A stretch of DNA of 64,000 nt from Mustelus asterias (taxonomy: Eukaryota): the NCBI RefSeq assembly GCF_964213995.1, contig NC_135812.1:28272001-28336000 (forward strand), in the 5' to 3' direction. Made by a program: the position numbers and the translations under genes. The notes below the pieces were generated by a model, which was given only the letters and a program-made list of their open reading frames with translations, ran no database searches and had not been told where the DNA came from. Every line of letters begins with the position of its first letter. Position 1 is the stretch's first letter. Below are positions 14,978 to 27,099 of the stretch, one piece after another.

Positions 14978-15294
14978 TTTTAAAAAATTTATTTATCCAA
15001 TTCAATCCAATCAAGTCCATTTCAGAGTTTCAACAAGTTGAGACATTCCCGATCCAAGCTGACAAGAAAAGGCTCTCACCTCCTGTCTTGGGCTTGATCT
15101 ACATGATCCAAGCGCTGATTGGAGTAGGCATTGCACCTCCTCCAAGGCTTGATCTCATTTGCATCTTAGCCAAAAGGCCGAGATGCCGCTTTAAAAAATT
15201 GCTTCAAATGAAGCTAAAATGTAACCTAATGACTTCAACCAAGTACAGCATGTCGATACTACACTTGATCTTAGCCAAAAGGCCGAGAAGCAAT
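14978..15294 (-). mobile_element. U2 snRNA-headed short retroposon, copy 1
   Basis: 15294-15255 equals U2 nt 1-40 with 1 mismatch; non-U2 body shared with 46100-46422; internal U2 nt 7-27 at 15183-15163; A-rich tail. Confidence 0.85.
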
Positions 15295-15532
15295 TTAGAG
15301 CCACTAAGATTGATTGTGATATATGTTACAACTTTTTTTAGAAATGTTCTTTCTTGTAACCACGAGAAGGTAGCTATTTTATGTGAACAAGATTATATTG
15401 TAATTATGTTATTGTATACTGTAATTTTGATATTGTGATTGTTATTGCTGGCCTGTATTACATCATGATGCACATTTGTAATGTATGTGGTTATATCTTT
15501 AAAGTGGCGAGCAATGATATATTTCTTTACCA

Positions 15533-16485
15533 TGTTACAATCCCTGTGGATAACTTTTTAAAAAGATATTTAAATTTCCAGTGACTGACTGAGGGAACAA
15601 CACAACAAGATTTCAAGTTTTAAGATTTTTATTGTGACAAAGGAAACATAAACAACATTGACTAGCCATCTGTTAGCAGTCGACTTAAACTTTAAAGTCA
15701 CCCAAGTGACTTTTAACATAACCAACAATCCCATGGTTATATTTCGCACCATCCCTTAACTGGACACTTCATTCTCCAGGAACCAGTCCAAGCTCCCAAT
15801 AGCTTGCTTCCTTTTTCTTTTCCCAGCCAGGTAATTTCTAATCCCAGAATTGACTTTCATTGTGAGGTTTACACTGGAGAATCCTTCCCTGTAGCCCAAG
15901 CTAGGTAACTCTTTTTTAGTTTCTTTTAAATCCTGATAAACCAGTCTCTTCAATCTGACGTGAGCTCCCACTGCATTTTGCATGGTGACCAACAGAGTCA
16001 GCATTTTCTCTGCTTCAGGTGCAGTACTGGGGGTTGCCTCTATCTCCTGCTCTCTGTCAGATGACTGCAGACTGACTGAATTTCAGGGATATTTGAGGAA
16101 AAAAAAACAAAGGTCATCGCCATGATAACATGAAACACATGGTCCTTGTTTCCTGGTAGAAATGATAGTTAGCAATCTTCTAGACTTCCAACTCCATCCT
16201 ATCAAGGAATTAAAGAGACAGTTTAAAATATAACAGCTTATAGAATCTGACATTCCTAAGACCACCTTACGAGTCTACCTACAGTCATCACAGATGCCCT
16301 TGCCATTGTCCACAGATGTCAACATCTTGCACCTCCTTCCCAGTAAGTTGACCTGGACCCTAATGTCCTCATAGCAACAAAGCCATCCCGGTGTGTTGCT
16401 GGAGGAGTTCACAGAACCCCCTTCCCACTTCATGCCTCCATTTTACCTTAAAATAATCTCAAAATATAACTTTGTATTCGTAACA
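15533..16485. mobile_element. Probable solo LTR (953 bp)
   Basis: TGTTAC...GTAACA inverted termini; flanks ACCA/GCCA (4-bp TSD with one mismatch). Confidence 0.5.
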
Positions 16486-16664
16486 GCCACCACTCTCAAA
16501 ATGTTTGCTTATCTCCTCACCGATGATTTATAATTGCCCTGATACCAGTTATCATTTGATCGGTCATTCATAGTAACCACATTAATGTCGCTAGAATATT
16601 ACATTATGGCAGGCATCACAGCTAATTCATGTTGCCACCTTATATCTGGTACTAGCAAATCCAG

Positions 16665-17301
16665 TAAGAAGTTTAACAACACCAGGTTAAAGTCCAACAG
16701 GTTTATTTGGTAGCAAAAGCCACACAAGCTTTCGGAGCCCCAAGCCCCTTCTTCAGGTGAGTGGGAATTCTGTTCACAAACAGGGCATATAAAGACACAA
16801 ACTCAATTTACATGAATGATGGTTGGAATGCGAATACTTACAGCTAATCAAGTCTTTAAGATACAAACAATGTGAGTGGAGAGAGCATCAAGACAGGCGA
16901 AAGAGATGTGTATTGTCTCCAGACAGGACAGCCAGTGAAACTCTGCAGGTCCAGACAAGCTGTGGGGATTACAAATAGTGTGACATGAACCCAATATCCC
17001 GGTTCAGGCCGTCCTCATGTGTGCGGAACTTGGCTATCAGTTTCTGCTCAGCGACTCTGCGCCGTCGTGTGTTGTGAAGACCGCCTTGGAGAACGCTTAC
17101 CCGAATATCAGAGGCCGAATGCCCGTGACCGCTGAAGTGCTCCCCAACAGGAAGAGAACGGTCTTGCCTGGTGATTGTCGAGCAGTGTTCATTCATCTGT
17201 TGTCGCAGCGTCTGCATGGTTTCCCCAATGTACCATGCCTTGGGACATCCTTTCCTGCAGCGTATCAGGTAGACAACGTTGGCCGAGTTGCAAGAGTATG
17301 C
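16665..17301 (-). mobile_element. 5'-truncated Penelope-like element: GIY-YIG endonuclease plus pseudo-LTR with hammerhead core
   Basis: Minus frame SCNSANVVYLIRCRKGCPKAWYIGETMQTLRQQMNEH...GLNRD; CTGAAGA..CGAAAGCTT core near 16725-16757; 14-bp TSD ACTAGCAAATCCAG (16651-16664, 17302-17315). Confidence 0.92.
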
Positions 17302-17735
17302 ACTAGCAAATCCAGCAGGGTTCAGAGGATAGGGGAGGAACGCTCACCAATCTTTCATTCCCACTTGGACCAATTTTAGTTCCCCCATTGTAGCACTGCC
17401 TAAAATTAGCAAACTCAGTACAAATTGTTGGTCCGGCTTGTGACCTTTGAGATTTGTACAACTTAGCATTTGTCTGGGGAAACGAGCTGAGCCATCACAG
17501 AAGCAATGAAGCAATTGAGGACGTTGTCCAATTTATTTGGTTTTATGGTACTGTACTCGTGGAAACTGCATGCACTTTGTTAAGGCTTCTGAATGTTGTT
17601 TGAATGTTATTTGAAATGTTGATGAATATATGTTATTTACCCACTCTGTGCTCTGTGCTCCTCCTTGTCGAAAGAATTAACCAAGCATAAATTGTAGCTT
17701 TCAGCCGAGGACAGTTCTTGTGGATCTGAGGTAGT

Positions 17736-17772
17736 GTTGCCTTGGTTACTGACGTCACGGTTGCATGACAAT
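17736..17772. promoter_or_regulatory. Candidate RFX X-box / CRE / X-box composite element
   Basis: GTTGCCTTGGTTAC (17736-17749), TGACGTCA (17750-17757), GTTGCATGACAAT (17760-17772). Confidence 0.5.
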
Positions 17773-18719
17773 GCAGTTCAGTTAGAATTTATGCAAAAGA
17801 TAGTCTAGACGATTTTTACCAGAGCAAAATGCTGCATAATATCAAGGTTTATATAGCACTCTGTGTATAAACTGAGATATCTCACCAGTGGTACTGAATT
17901 CATTTCATAAATGATAAGAGTATTATAATTGGCAAGAGCTGCAGTAGAGAATCAATTGGGTAGATCCTTGTGAATGGTATTCTGTTAGCTGTATCTCTGC
18001 TACTGAAATAAATTCTCTTAATTTTCTCGCATCCCTGCTAAAGTCATTGAGTCTTCTTTGCATATGGTTCCATGGGGGCCTGTCACCCTTTCGTACTTTA
18101 CCCAAGTGGCCATTGTTCACTTATGAAGCTAAACAGTATCTGTCAAATATTTATTATAACATAGCATGACATCACAGTTGAGCCCAGTTATATCTTTACC
18201 TGATGCCCACATTCCCGCAGGAATGTTGGATGACAATCAAGAGCAAGTAGCTGCATTAAAAGATGTAGGGAGCGATCCTACTAAAAATGAGCATAAAAAT
18301 AGGAGAGTTTCAGTCCTGTTTTTTCAGCAAGAGAAAAAATAAAATCTTATTGTACTTAGAAGAAAAGTGAGTCAAAGTGTGATTCTCACCAGTAGGGGGA
18401 GAGGACAGAGTCTAGTCACGCAGGTAAGCCAGCTTCTGACTGCTAGAGGGCACTATTGCTCATGTGACCTGATCTCCCAGTGCACTGCCATGAGTACACA
18501 AGGCACTAGGAGATTATCACCCCCCCCCACACAAATCGCCGCCACCCCGATCATCACCCCCTCCCGCCAATCACCCACTCCCTTAGCCAATCACTGCCCT
18601 CATTCGCCACCCCCCAATCAATTGCTGCCATAGCGATCCCTGATGCAGAGTGCGCTGCCTCCCCTTCAGTCCCTGCCGCTCCCCTTAGGCTCCACTCCTT
18701 GGCACTGCCAGGGTGCCAG

Positions 18720-20060
18720 CTTGCGGGGAACATAAAAATTGATTGCAAAGGTTTCTATAGGTATGTGAGGAGAAAAATATTGGTGAAGACAAATGTTGAT
18801 CCCTTGCAGTCAGAAACAGGAGAATTTCTAATGAGGAACAAAGAAATGGTTGACCAGCTGAATACATACTTTGGTTCTGTCTTCACAAAGGAAGACATAA
18901 ATAAGATACCAGAAATGTTGGGGAACACAGGGTTTAGTAAGAGGGAGGACTTGAAGGAGGTAAGTATTAGTAGAAAAATGGTATTGAGGAAACTAATGGG
19001 ATTGAAGGTCAATAAATCCCCAGGGCCTGATAATTTACATCTCAGAGCACTTAAGGAAGTGGCCCAAGAAATAGTGGATACATTGGTGGTCATCTTCCAA
19101 GACTTGATAGACTCTGGAACAGTTCCTACAGATTGGAGGGTAGCTAAAGAATATAAGAACATAAGAAATAGGAGCAGGAGTAGGCCATTTAGCCCCTCGA
19201 GCCTGCCCCGCCATTCAATAAGATCATGGCTGATCTGAAGTGGATCACTTACCCGCCTGATCCCCATAACCCCTAATTCCCTTACCGATCAGGAATCCAT
19301 CTATCCGTGATTTAAACATATTCAACGAGGTAGCCTCCACCACTTCAGTGGGCAGAGAATTCCAGAGATTCACCACCCTCTGAGAGAAGAAGTTCCTCCT
19401 CAACTCTGTCCTAAACTGACCCCCCTTTATTTTGAGGCTGTGCCCTCTAGTTCTAGCTTCCTTTCTAAGTGGAAAGAATCTCTCCACCTCTACCCTATCC
19501 AGCCCCTTCATTATCTTATAGGTCTCTATAAGATCCCCCCTCAGCCTTCTAAATTCCAACGAGTACAAACCTAATCTGCTCAGTCTCTCCTCATAATCAA
19601 CACCCCTCATCTCCGGTATCAACCTGGTGAACCTTCTCTGCACTCCCTCCAAGGCCAATATATCCTTCCGCAAATAAGGGGACCAATACTGCACACAGTA
19701 TTCCAGCTGCGGCCTCACCAATGCCCTGTACAGATGCAGCAAGACATCTCTGCTTTTATATTCTATCCCCCTTGCGATATAGGCCATTTGCCTTCTTGAT
19801 CACCTGTTGCACCTGCAGACTGGGTTTTTGGGTCTCATGCACAAGGACAGTAGCATGTTGTAATTTTTTTCCATTTAGGTAATAAAGTAATCCCATTATT
19901 TAAAAAGGGAGATGGAGAGAAAGCAGGGAATTATTGAGCAGTAAGCCAAATGTCAGTAGTGGGGAAAATTCTAGAATCCATTATCAAAGATTTTATAGCA
20001 AAGTACTTGGACAACAGTGGCAGGATTGGACAGGGTCAGCATGGATTTATGAAAGGCGAA
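18720..20060 (+). mobile_element. CR1 LINE fragment split by an antisense younger CR1
   Basis: ...KSPGPDNLH...VPTDWRVA at 19147 resumes as VIPLFKKG...QHGFMKG after ~19885. Confidence 0.85.
19148..19884 (-). mobile_element. Young CR1 3' end nested in an older CR1
   Basis: Open frame LYRALVRPQLEYCVQYWSPY...ELRRNFFSQRVVNLWNSLP; nearly identical to 14528-14793. Confidence 0.9.
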
Positions 20061-20256
20061 TCATTCTTGGTTGTTAAAGGCCAATCATATCTATTACAGG
20101 ACATCACTGCAAAAGTTCCTCAGGATAGTGTCCCAGGCCCAACCATCTTCAACTGCTGCATCAATTACTGTCTCTCCATTATAAGGGGTTGTTCACTGAT
20201 GATTGCACAGCGTTCAGTATCATTTGCAACCCCTCAGATACTGAAGCAATCCACGT

Positions 20257-20284
20257 ATATATATATATATATATATATATATAG
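20257..20284. repeat. (TA)n microsatellite
   Basis: About 14 TA units. Confidence 0.95.
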
Positions 20285-21699
20285 CAAGACCTGGACAACA
20301 TATTGGCTTGGGTTGATAAATGGCAAGTAAAATTTGAGCCACACAAGTGTCAGGCGCTGAGTATCTTCATCAAGAGAGAATCTAACCATCTCCTCTTGAT
20401 AGTCAATGGCAATATCCTTGCTGATTCCCCCACCATCAACATCCTAGGCGTTACCATTGACCAGAAACTGAACTGGACCAGTCACTTAACTGAACCAGCC
20501 ATATAACTGTTGTGGCTGCAAGAGTAAGTCAGAGGCTAAGAATTCTGAGGCAAGTAAATCACCTCCTGACTCCCCAAAGCCTGTTCACAGTGGACAAGAC
20601 ACACGTCTAGAGTGTGGTAGAATACTCTCCACTTGCGTGGAAACTTAAGAAGCTTAAAACCATCCAGGACAAAGCATGCCCGCTTGATTGGCACCACAGC
20701 CACCAACATAAATATTCATTCCCTCCAACACTGATTCACAATAGCAGCAGTGTTCTATATAGAAGATGTACAGCAGCAACTCACTGAGGATCCTTCAACA
20801 GTACTTTGAAACCTCCAGGAATGTATTCACAGTTGACAAACACACAGGTTTGAAGGTACTGTCGAGGGATCCTCAGTGAGTTGCTGCTGTAGATCAACTG
20901 TGAGTGTGTTCCTGGAGGTTTCATCACATGACTTGCCCGCTATGCTCCAGACATTTGTTGGGCAATACATCCATCCTTGTGATGCATGGCCTTCCCATGC
21001 CAATCTTAAAGCAAACAGGCTCATTGCGTGTCTTTCAACTGCCAGTCAAACAGCCCCCCCCACTCCCTCCCGAATTTTCAATTTTTTTTTACCTGGTATA
21101 GAGAAATGTTCAACACATTCATTCAAAAAAGTTATCTTTTTTAAGCGGGCATGCTTTTTCTCCAGGATTTCACACTGCAATGTCATGGAGATTCATCTTA
21201 ATTCCTGGAGACTCCAGGCCAACCCTGGAGGGTTGGCAACCCTAAACCCATGACCTCTCCCACCTAGGATAAGGGCTGCAGACACATGGGAACACCAACA
21301 CCTGCAGGTTCCTCTCCAAGTCACACACCATCCTGACTTGGAACTATATCACCGGCCGTTCCTTCACCAATGCTGAATCAAAATCCTGGAATTCTCTCTC
21401 TAGCAGCACCACAGTAGATGGACGGCAATGGTTCAAGAAGACAGCTCACCATCACCTTCCCAAGGGCAATTACGAATGAGTGACAGATGCTGGTCTTGCC
21501 ACCAACATCCCAGAAAGAAAAGAAAGCTATGTATCTATGTTTTGTGTCATCTGCAAACTTCATCCTTCTTTTGACCATTTGTCTATAATTCTTTCTTCCT
21601 TTTTATGTTAGTCAATAGTCTATTTTCACAATGTCTTTGTCCCTTATTCCTTTTTAAAATATTTTCTCTGTAATTCAGTTTTTTGTTGTATTATGAACA

Positions 21700-22862
21700 T
21701 TAAGGCTGGGAGGCACCAGCGAGGTTTGCAATGGGCGTTATGGTGGTTGCGAGTCTCTAAAGCACTTTTTTGTGGCACAATCAGCTCTGTGCGGGATATC
21801 TCAATTTCCCTATGATTCATGGGCATGAAGAAGTATTTGCCAGGCCACTAGGATCTCCTCCATCCTCCCAGGAATGGTTACCTCCAGCGGGGTTTATGAC
21901 TGCATCCCACTAATGGAAACAGATGTCCTGACCCTGCTGGTGGGGACAGAAGCTATCGAAACCCCCCTCGCAGGTCGGAGGCAAGGGGGGGGTGCCCCTT
22001 GGGCAATGCCACAATGCCCAAGGGGCAAACTGGCATGCCCACCAGGCAGTGTCAAGGGGCAGGGTGTGGTAAACCACTGTTAGCTTATTACCTGCATATG
22101 CGACATGCCTGGACACATCCCTGCCGGCCCTACCCGAGACTCCTCCCCCCCCTGGTCCAGGTATAAAGGCGACTGCTCCCCACTCCCCTGCCTCAGTCTG
22201 GACCAGTTCATCGGCATGGGTGTGCTCCAAGTCTTTTGCTAATAAAAGCCTATTTGTTCTTGCATACAACTAGTCTTTGCTCGATTGATGGTGCATCACA
22301 GGGCATACTAGGTGTGGGGCCTAATGGGGGACCAATCAATGGGTTGCGGGGCTTGGAGCATTGGGAGAAGGAAGGAGGACAATCGGGCCTTGTCATCGAG
22401 ACGGAGGGTTCGTGGCTGGTCATCAGGGCTGGCCAGGTGGGGGTGGAAATAGGGGCTGGCCCAGGGAGGTCTGGTAGGCCAGCATTCGGGGGTTTGGGGG
22501 GGTGGGTGGTGTGACCTGGAAGGCTGGTGATTGGGGGTCGCAGGGCTGGCCAGCAATCGGAGTCCAGCGATCGGGAGACTTGCAATGGGGAGGGGGGCGC
22601 GGGGGGGCCCATTGTGCATATGTCAATCTCTGCACTGACTGATCAACACATGCACATTGGCTTGCTCAGCACTCTGCTGCCAGCCTCTTGGATGGGAATA
22701 GGCCTCACCGCCTACTTACCAGAATGAATCATGCTGAGGCATTCCGCATTGTTCAGAGTGTCAGAGATTCGTTCTGGGAAGGATGCCCAAAAAACAGGCA
22801 GGAAATACTCCTGTTTTCCCGCCCGTAAGGCACTTCGTTTTTTTTGGGAGAATCCTGGCCTA
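21700..22862. mobile_element. GC-rich MITE-like element; related copy in opposite orientation at 18268-18720
   Basis: Reverse complement of 22790-22860 resembles 18268-18330; shared CCTTG(G/A)CACTGCC..TGCCAG motif; interrupted by the 22065 LTR. Confidence 0.5.
22065..22298 (+). mobile_element. Short solo LTR (234 bp)
   Basis: TG...CA termini, 5-bp TSD CAGGG (22060-22064, 22299-22303), TATAAA near 22162 and AATAAA at 22241. Confidence 0.85.
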
Positions 22863-25800
22863 CATTTTCATATGCCTCATTTTCTTGTTGCAGTTTAGCT
22901 TCTATCTCTTCAGTCACTTCAAGTGTGCTCAGTGTTGGTTACCTTTCCTTTCCAAACCCCACACCCCCTCCCCTCCAGAGCAATGTGCCTGTGCTATTCC
23001 CAAAGCATCTCCTCTTTGAAGGCCTCCCATTGTCAACTTAGTTTTGCCTACCAATCTTTGATACCAAACTGCCTGGGTTGAATCCCTCTTCAACTCACCA
23101 AAACTTCTTGACAAATGTTTTTTTTCATTGAGATAAATCTGGACCAGTTGAGGGAATACAGTACCTTAGTTGCATATGGAATGGTGAAACATGCTCACTG
23201 AAGCAGTTTCAAGTTGATCTTCTTGCTCTGTAGCAATGTGGAGGGGGGAGTGATTTGTTCTGAAAATAGTGAATCTCCACCTAATGCCCAAAATGTGTAA
23301 TTACATCCTAACAGTAACTAGATACTTGATTGGAACATTGGTCTGGTATTTGCTTTCAGCTGTGGAGGTATTGCCATTCACCATGTTGGAAGCCATGACA
23401 GATTTTCATGTCTTGTTATTGAAGCTTTCCTTGAATCTGTCATCTTCTCCATTGTGGCATCAGTACTTGTGAAAAGGCTAAACAATAATAAGACTCTTCA
23501 ACTGATCAGATTGAAAAATCCTCACTGAGGTATGCTTGGTGCAATCCAGGAAGTATAAAGCAGGAAATGCAGATTTAAATGATATAAAGAAAGCACAATA
23601 AAGACTCGGACATATTGGACACAAAAGGTGACCAAAAATGTGATTTTTAAGTACAAAAGTCTACAGACTCAATATTTTTAACATCTCCATGGAATTTGAT
23701 TTAAGGATTTAAGACCAAGTCTAGTTTTCAGGTGAAGGGAAGTTGAGGCTGGGAGATAATTGGACCTGGGCTTGTAGGCACAATTCACTCTCTATTTGAA
23801 AATCATAATGCCTATTCTTCTATATGATAATATGTAATGGGAAAATGCCATTTATTGTGAAACTTATGACAATTTGGGAAAGCAAGAGGTAGAGTTAGTT
23901 GGAATATAGATGTTTCGACAGTGTAGACTGAGTGAGAGGATGTTGCAAAACTGAGACACTACACCAATTCCATTGAGAGAAAAGTATAATTAGTGTGGCA
24001 GGTTTATATAGGTGGTTTCTATTCTAAACATGCACATAGAAATAAAGAATGAAAAAGATTAACTCAAAAACATTATACCAAAATTAACATTTTACTGGCG
24101 ATGGGATTGGTGATGGCATTAAGGGATGAAAACTGGTGAAGAAGAATATTTGCCCTGAATTAACTTTGTTCCTTCACGTAGAAAAATGTTTTCAGGTTTT
24201 TTTTATGCATACTATTATTAATAATAGAAATCACACCACATGCTTTGCAGATTAGAGCACTTAACTTTTGAAATTGGAGAAGTGACAGTAATAAATCCAT
24301 GGCTGGGCAGTCAGGCAAATCAACCTGAAAAGAAAAAAATCATCCTCAGTGTTTATCCTGGAAATCAAACAAATAACTTAAAGTGAACAGCAATACATGT
24401 TACAAAGTATGGTTGGTAATGTTAGATGATGAACATTTAACATATGATATTCACTTTAACACAGTGGGCACATTTATTTTAAAATAAATGAACATGCCTT
24501 GATTTGTCTATTATGACTAGTAACAATTTTTAGTTGCCTGTTGTAAGGTTTCAAAGACAGAAAATATTTAAAATGTTTTGTATATTGATTAGCATTCAAT
24601 AAAGGAAAATATAAGTGAATGTTTTGATGAGCCAATTCATCTGCACCCAGTTTTAAATCTTTATTTTACGAATACTGATTTCTCCATTAATCCCCTCTAA
24701 GATACTTAAGGATATAAATTATTAATTTAAATGTTGCTAACCAACAATCTAAATCAATCTGTGGGTCCCCCTGGGCCTAGAACAGTTAAAGACACAATAG
24801 TAAATCAGCTCTGCCTTGGAAAACTGTGTGTCAGACAAGATTGGGAGTGTGCTCTAAAATGTTTCAGGTTATGATATGAATAGGCATAGAGGCTGTATTT
24901 TGTATTTTCAGGTAGATCTGACCGATTGTTCTAACCTCAGGGTTGTAATCTATCAATGCCCCAATCTGGACCGTGTAAACTTTTATTGGAATACATGCAA
25001 CTTGCATTTTTTTCATCGAGTTCCAAGTACCACCATGTTGATCCAAGATGGCTACTGCCAATAATATCTGTAATCAGTTATTTTGGAGTAGGCAAGAACA
25101 TGTACTAAATATTTTTTACCTCCTCGTTGAGAAACATCAGAGACAATCCTTTCACATTACGATCCATTAGAAATAATGTTAAATTGGCGTCTACCTACAG
25201 GAGGCAAGATCTACTATAGTTGGCAGTGTAGTTGTAATTGAAATTTTGCAACTGTAGTACTTTTTTGATCATATAACAATTTTAGAATTCTTTTAAGTAA
25301 CCTTTGCACTTCTAATCAATAAGGCATGACAGCAAGAAGCTGTTTCATCAACATTAATTTATAGGATTATTTAATTAAAGCTCATGTTTGCTGCTCAAAC
25401 ATATTTTAGATGCATTATCCCTCTAATACAAATAAAAAGTCAAGGAGAAATAAAGTTATATTGTGCACTTCACCAACTCTGTGGAAAAACAACCACTTTG
25501 TCAAGCAGCATGCAATGAAATTAAGCAAGAGCAACAACAGAAACTTGTGTTTGTGCAATGCCTTCAATGTGATGAAACATCCCTAGGCACTTCACAGGGA
25601 TATTATAAAACAAAGCATGAAATAAAAATAAAAGGTCATCTAAATTGCTTTGGCAGGGCCTTGCTTTTAAATCAATGGTGGGCAAACTGCCGCACATCAG
25701 GGTTCTGAGAGTGGCCCCTGAGACATTTTGTTGACTGTTGCCCATGCACAAGAGTTGCCACATTCCACTAGTTTCTGTCCACATATTAACAGTATGATTA

Positions 25801-27099
25801 AAATGGTATGCACATAAAGCAAGAAAACCTGAAGGTGTGTGCTGATTGTACACAACATTGACTATGAGAGCCGTGCACTCCCTCTTCGTCCAATCAAAGC
25901 GTGAACATTTATTTTGTTTTTACCATTTGAAGTATTTTCGTTAACTCGTCGTGAAATCCTCAGTGTGTATTAAAAGTATTCAATCTTATTCACGGGGGTT
26001 GTGGTTAGTGAATATGTCCAATTTCAATCTTGTGGCCCACTGAGAGGAAAGAGGGCGACTCACATGGCCTACTCACCAGCCTTGGTTGCCTATCACTGCT
26101 TTAAGCAGTTTCAAGTACTGCTTTGAAATGGGTCAGTGGCAGAAAATAAGTGTGAAAATATTTGCTGATAACGGATGTCTAATTGTTTAATAATGTCCCT
26201 TTTTGACTTTTTTTCTGACATATCTTGAGATCTTCCACTTTCCTGCTGCAGTAACAGCAGTAGAACTGAAAGGAAATCCTCTCAGGAGGGACATGGGGAT
26301 ATCTGAAATATGACTGCAATACAGTAGAAAATACTACACAATGTAAAAGGAGTCTTCTGTACAACTGGCAAAATAACAAGCACAATATAAAAAATGGTTG
26401 AAGGCTCATATTTCTATGTGTAAGTAAAAGATGATAGACAAATGCGTACTACTGGATCGTTATTTTAATGTGGACAGTTGGTACAGCAGTTAATTTATAA
26501 AGCACATCAGTATCTTAAAATGATCACACAGCTGCATTATGAAAACCAGAAAGAGCATTAAAACCTTTTACTTCTGGAGTAGATATGATGTGTTTTTTGT
26601 TGCGAACAAAAATTCATCCATTTTAATATTTTTAAAAAACACAAAATTTTCTGTCTTCTCCATTCTTAGTCTTTATTCCATGAAAAAGTTTAAAGTCCAC
26701 TTCTAACTTTTCACCAACACCACCTGGAATTAGCCTGCAAAAAAAGTTTGCAAATGTGACCTGGAACTGACTTGCCCTCTGAGCTTGGGAGTGATGCATA
26801 GTGCATATAGGAGAAAATTAGCATATAGGAGAAAAGTACACACACCTTCACATTTAACCAGAACATAGTGCCACTTCTTAGATAGTACATTTTTGATATG
26901 ATCATATATTTGCTTTATTTTCTGCAAGGAATAAATAGAATGACAGACAGATAAATCCTGCACATGCAGAATTTTAAACGTTCCAAATTATGAGAGGTGT
27001 AAGGTATGAGTGTGTGTAATTATTGAAGTGCAAGAACTCAGATCCCTATACCTTCAGAATGGTTTTACTTTGATTAAAGTGAATCATGGAAATAGCAAA

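Noticed and set aside
15255-15294. Functional U2 snRNA gene
   Set aside because: Only the first 40 nt match; no Sm site or 3' stem-loops; joined to a repeat body.
14896-15438. 180-aa ORF sharing a peptide with the ORF at 45943-46320
   Set aside because: The shared peptide is the antisense translation of the U2-headed repeat; flanks are unrelated.
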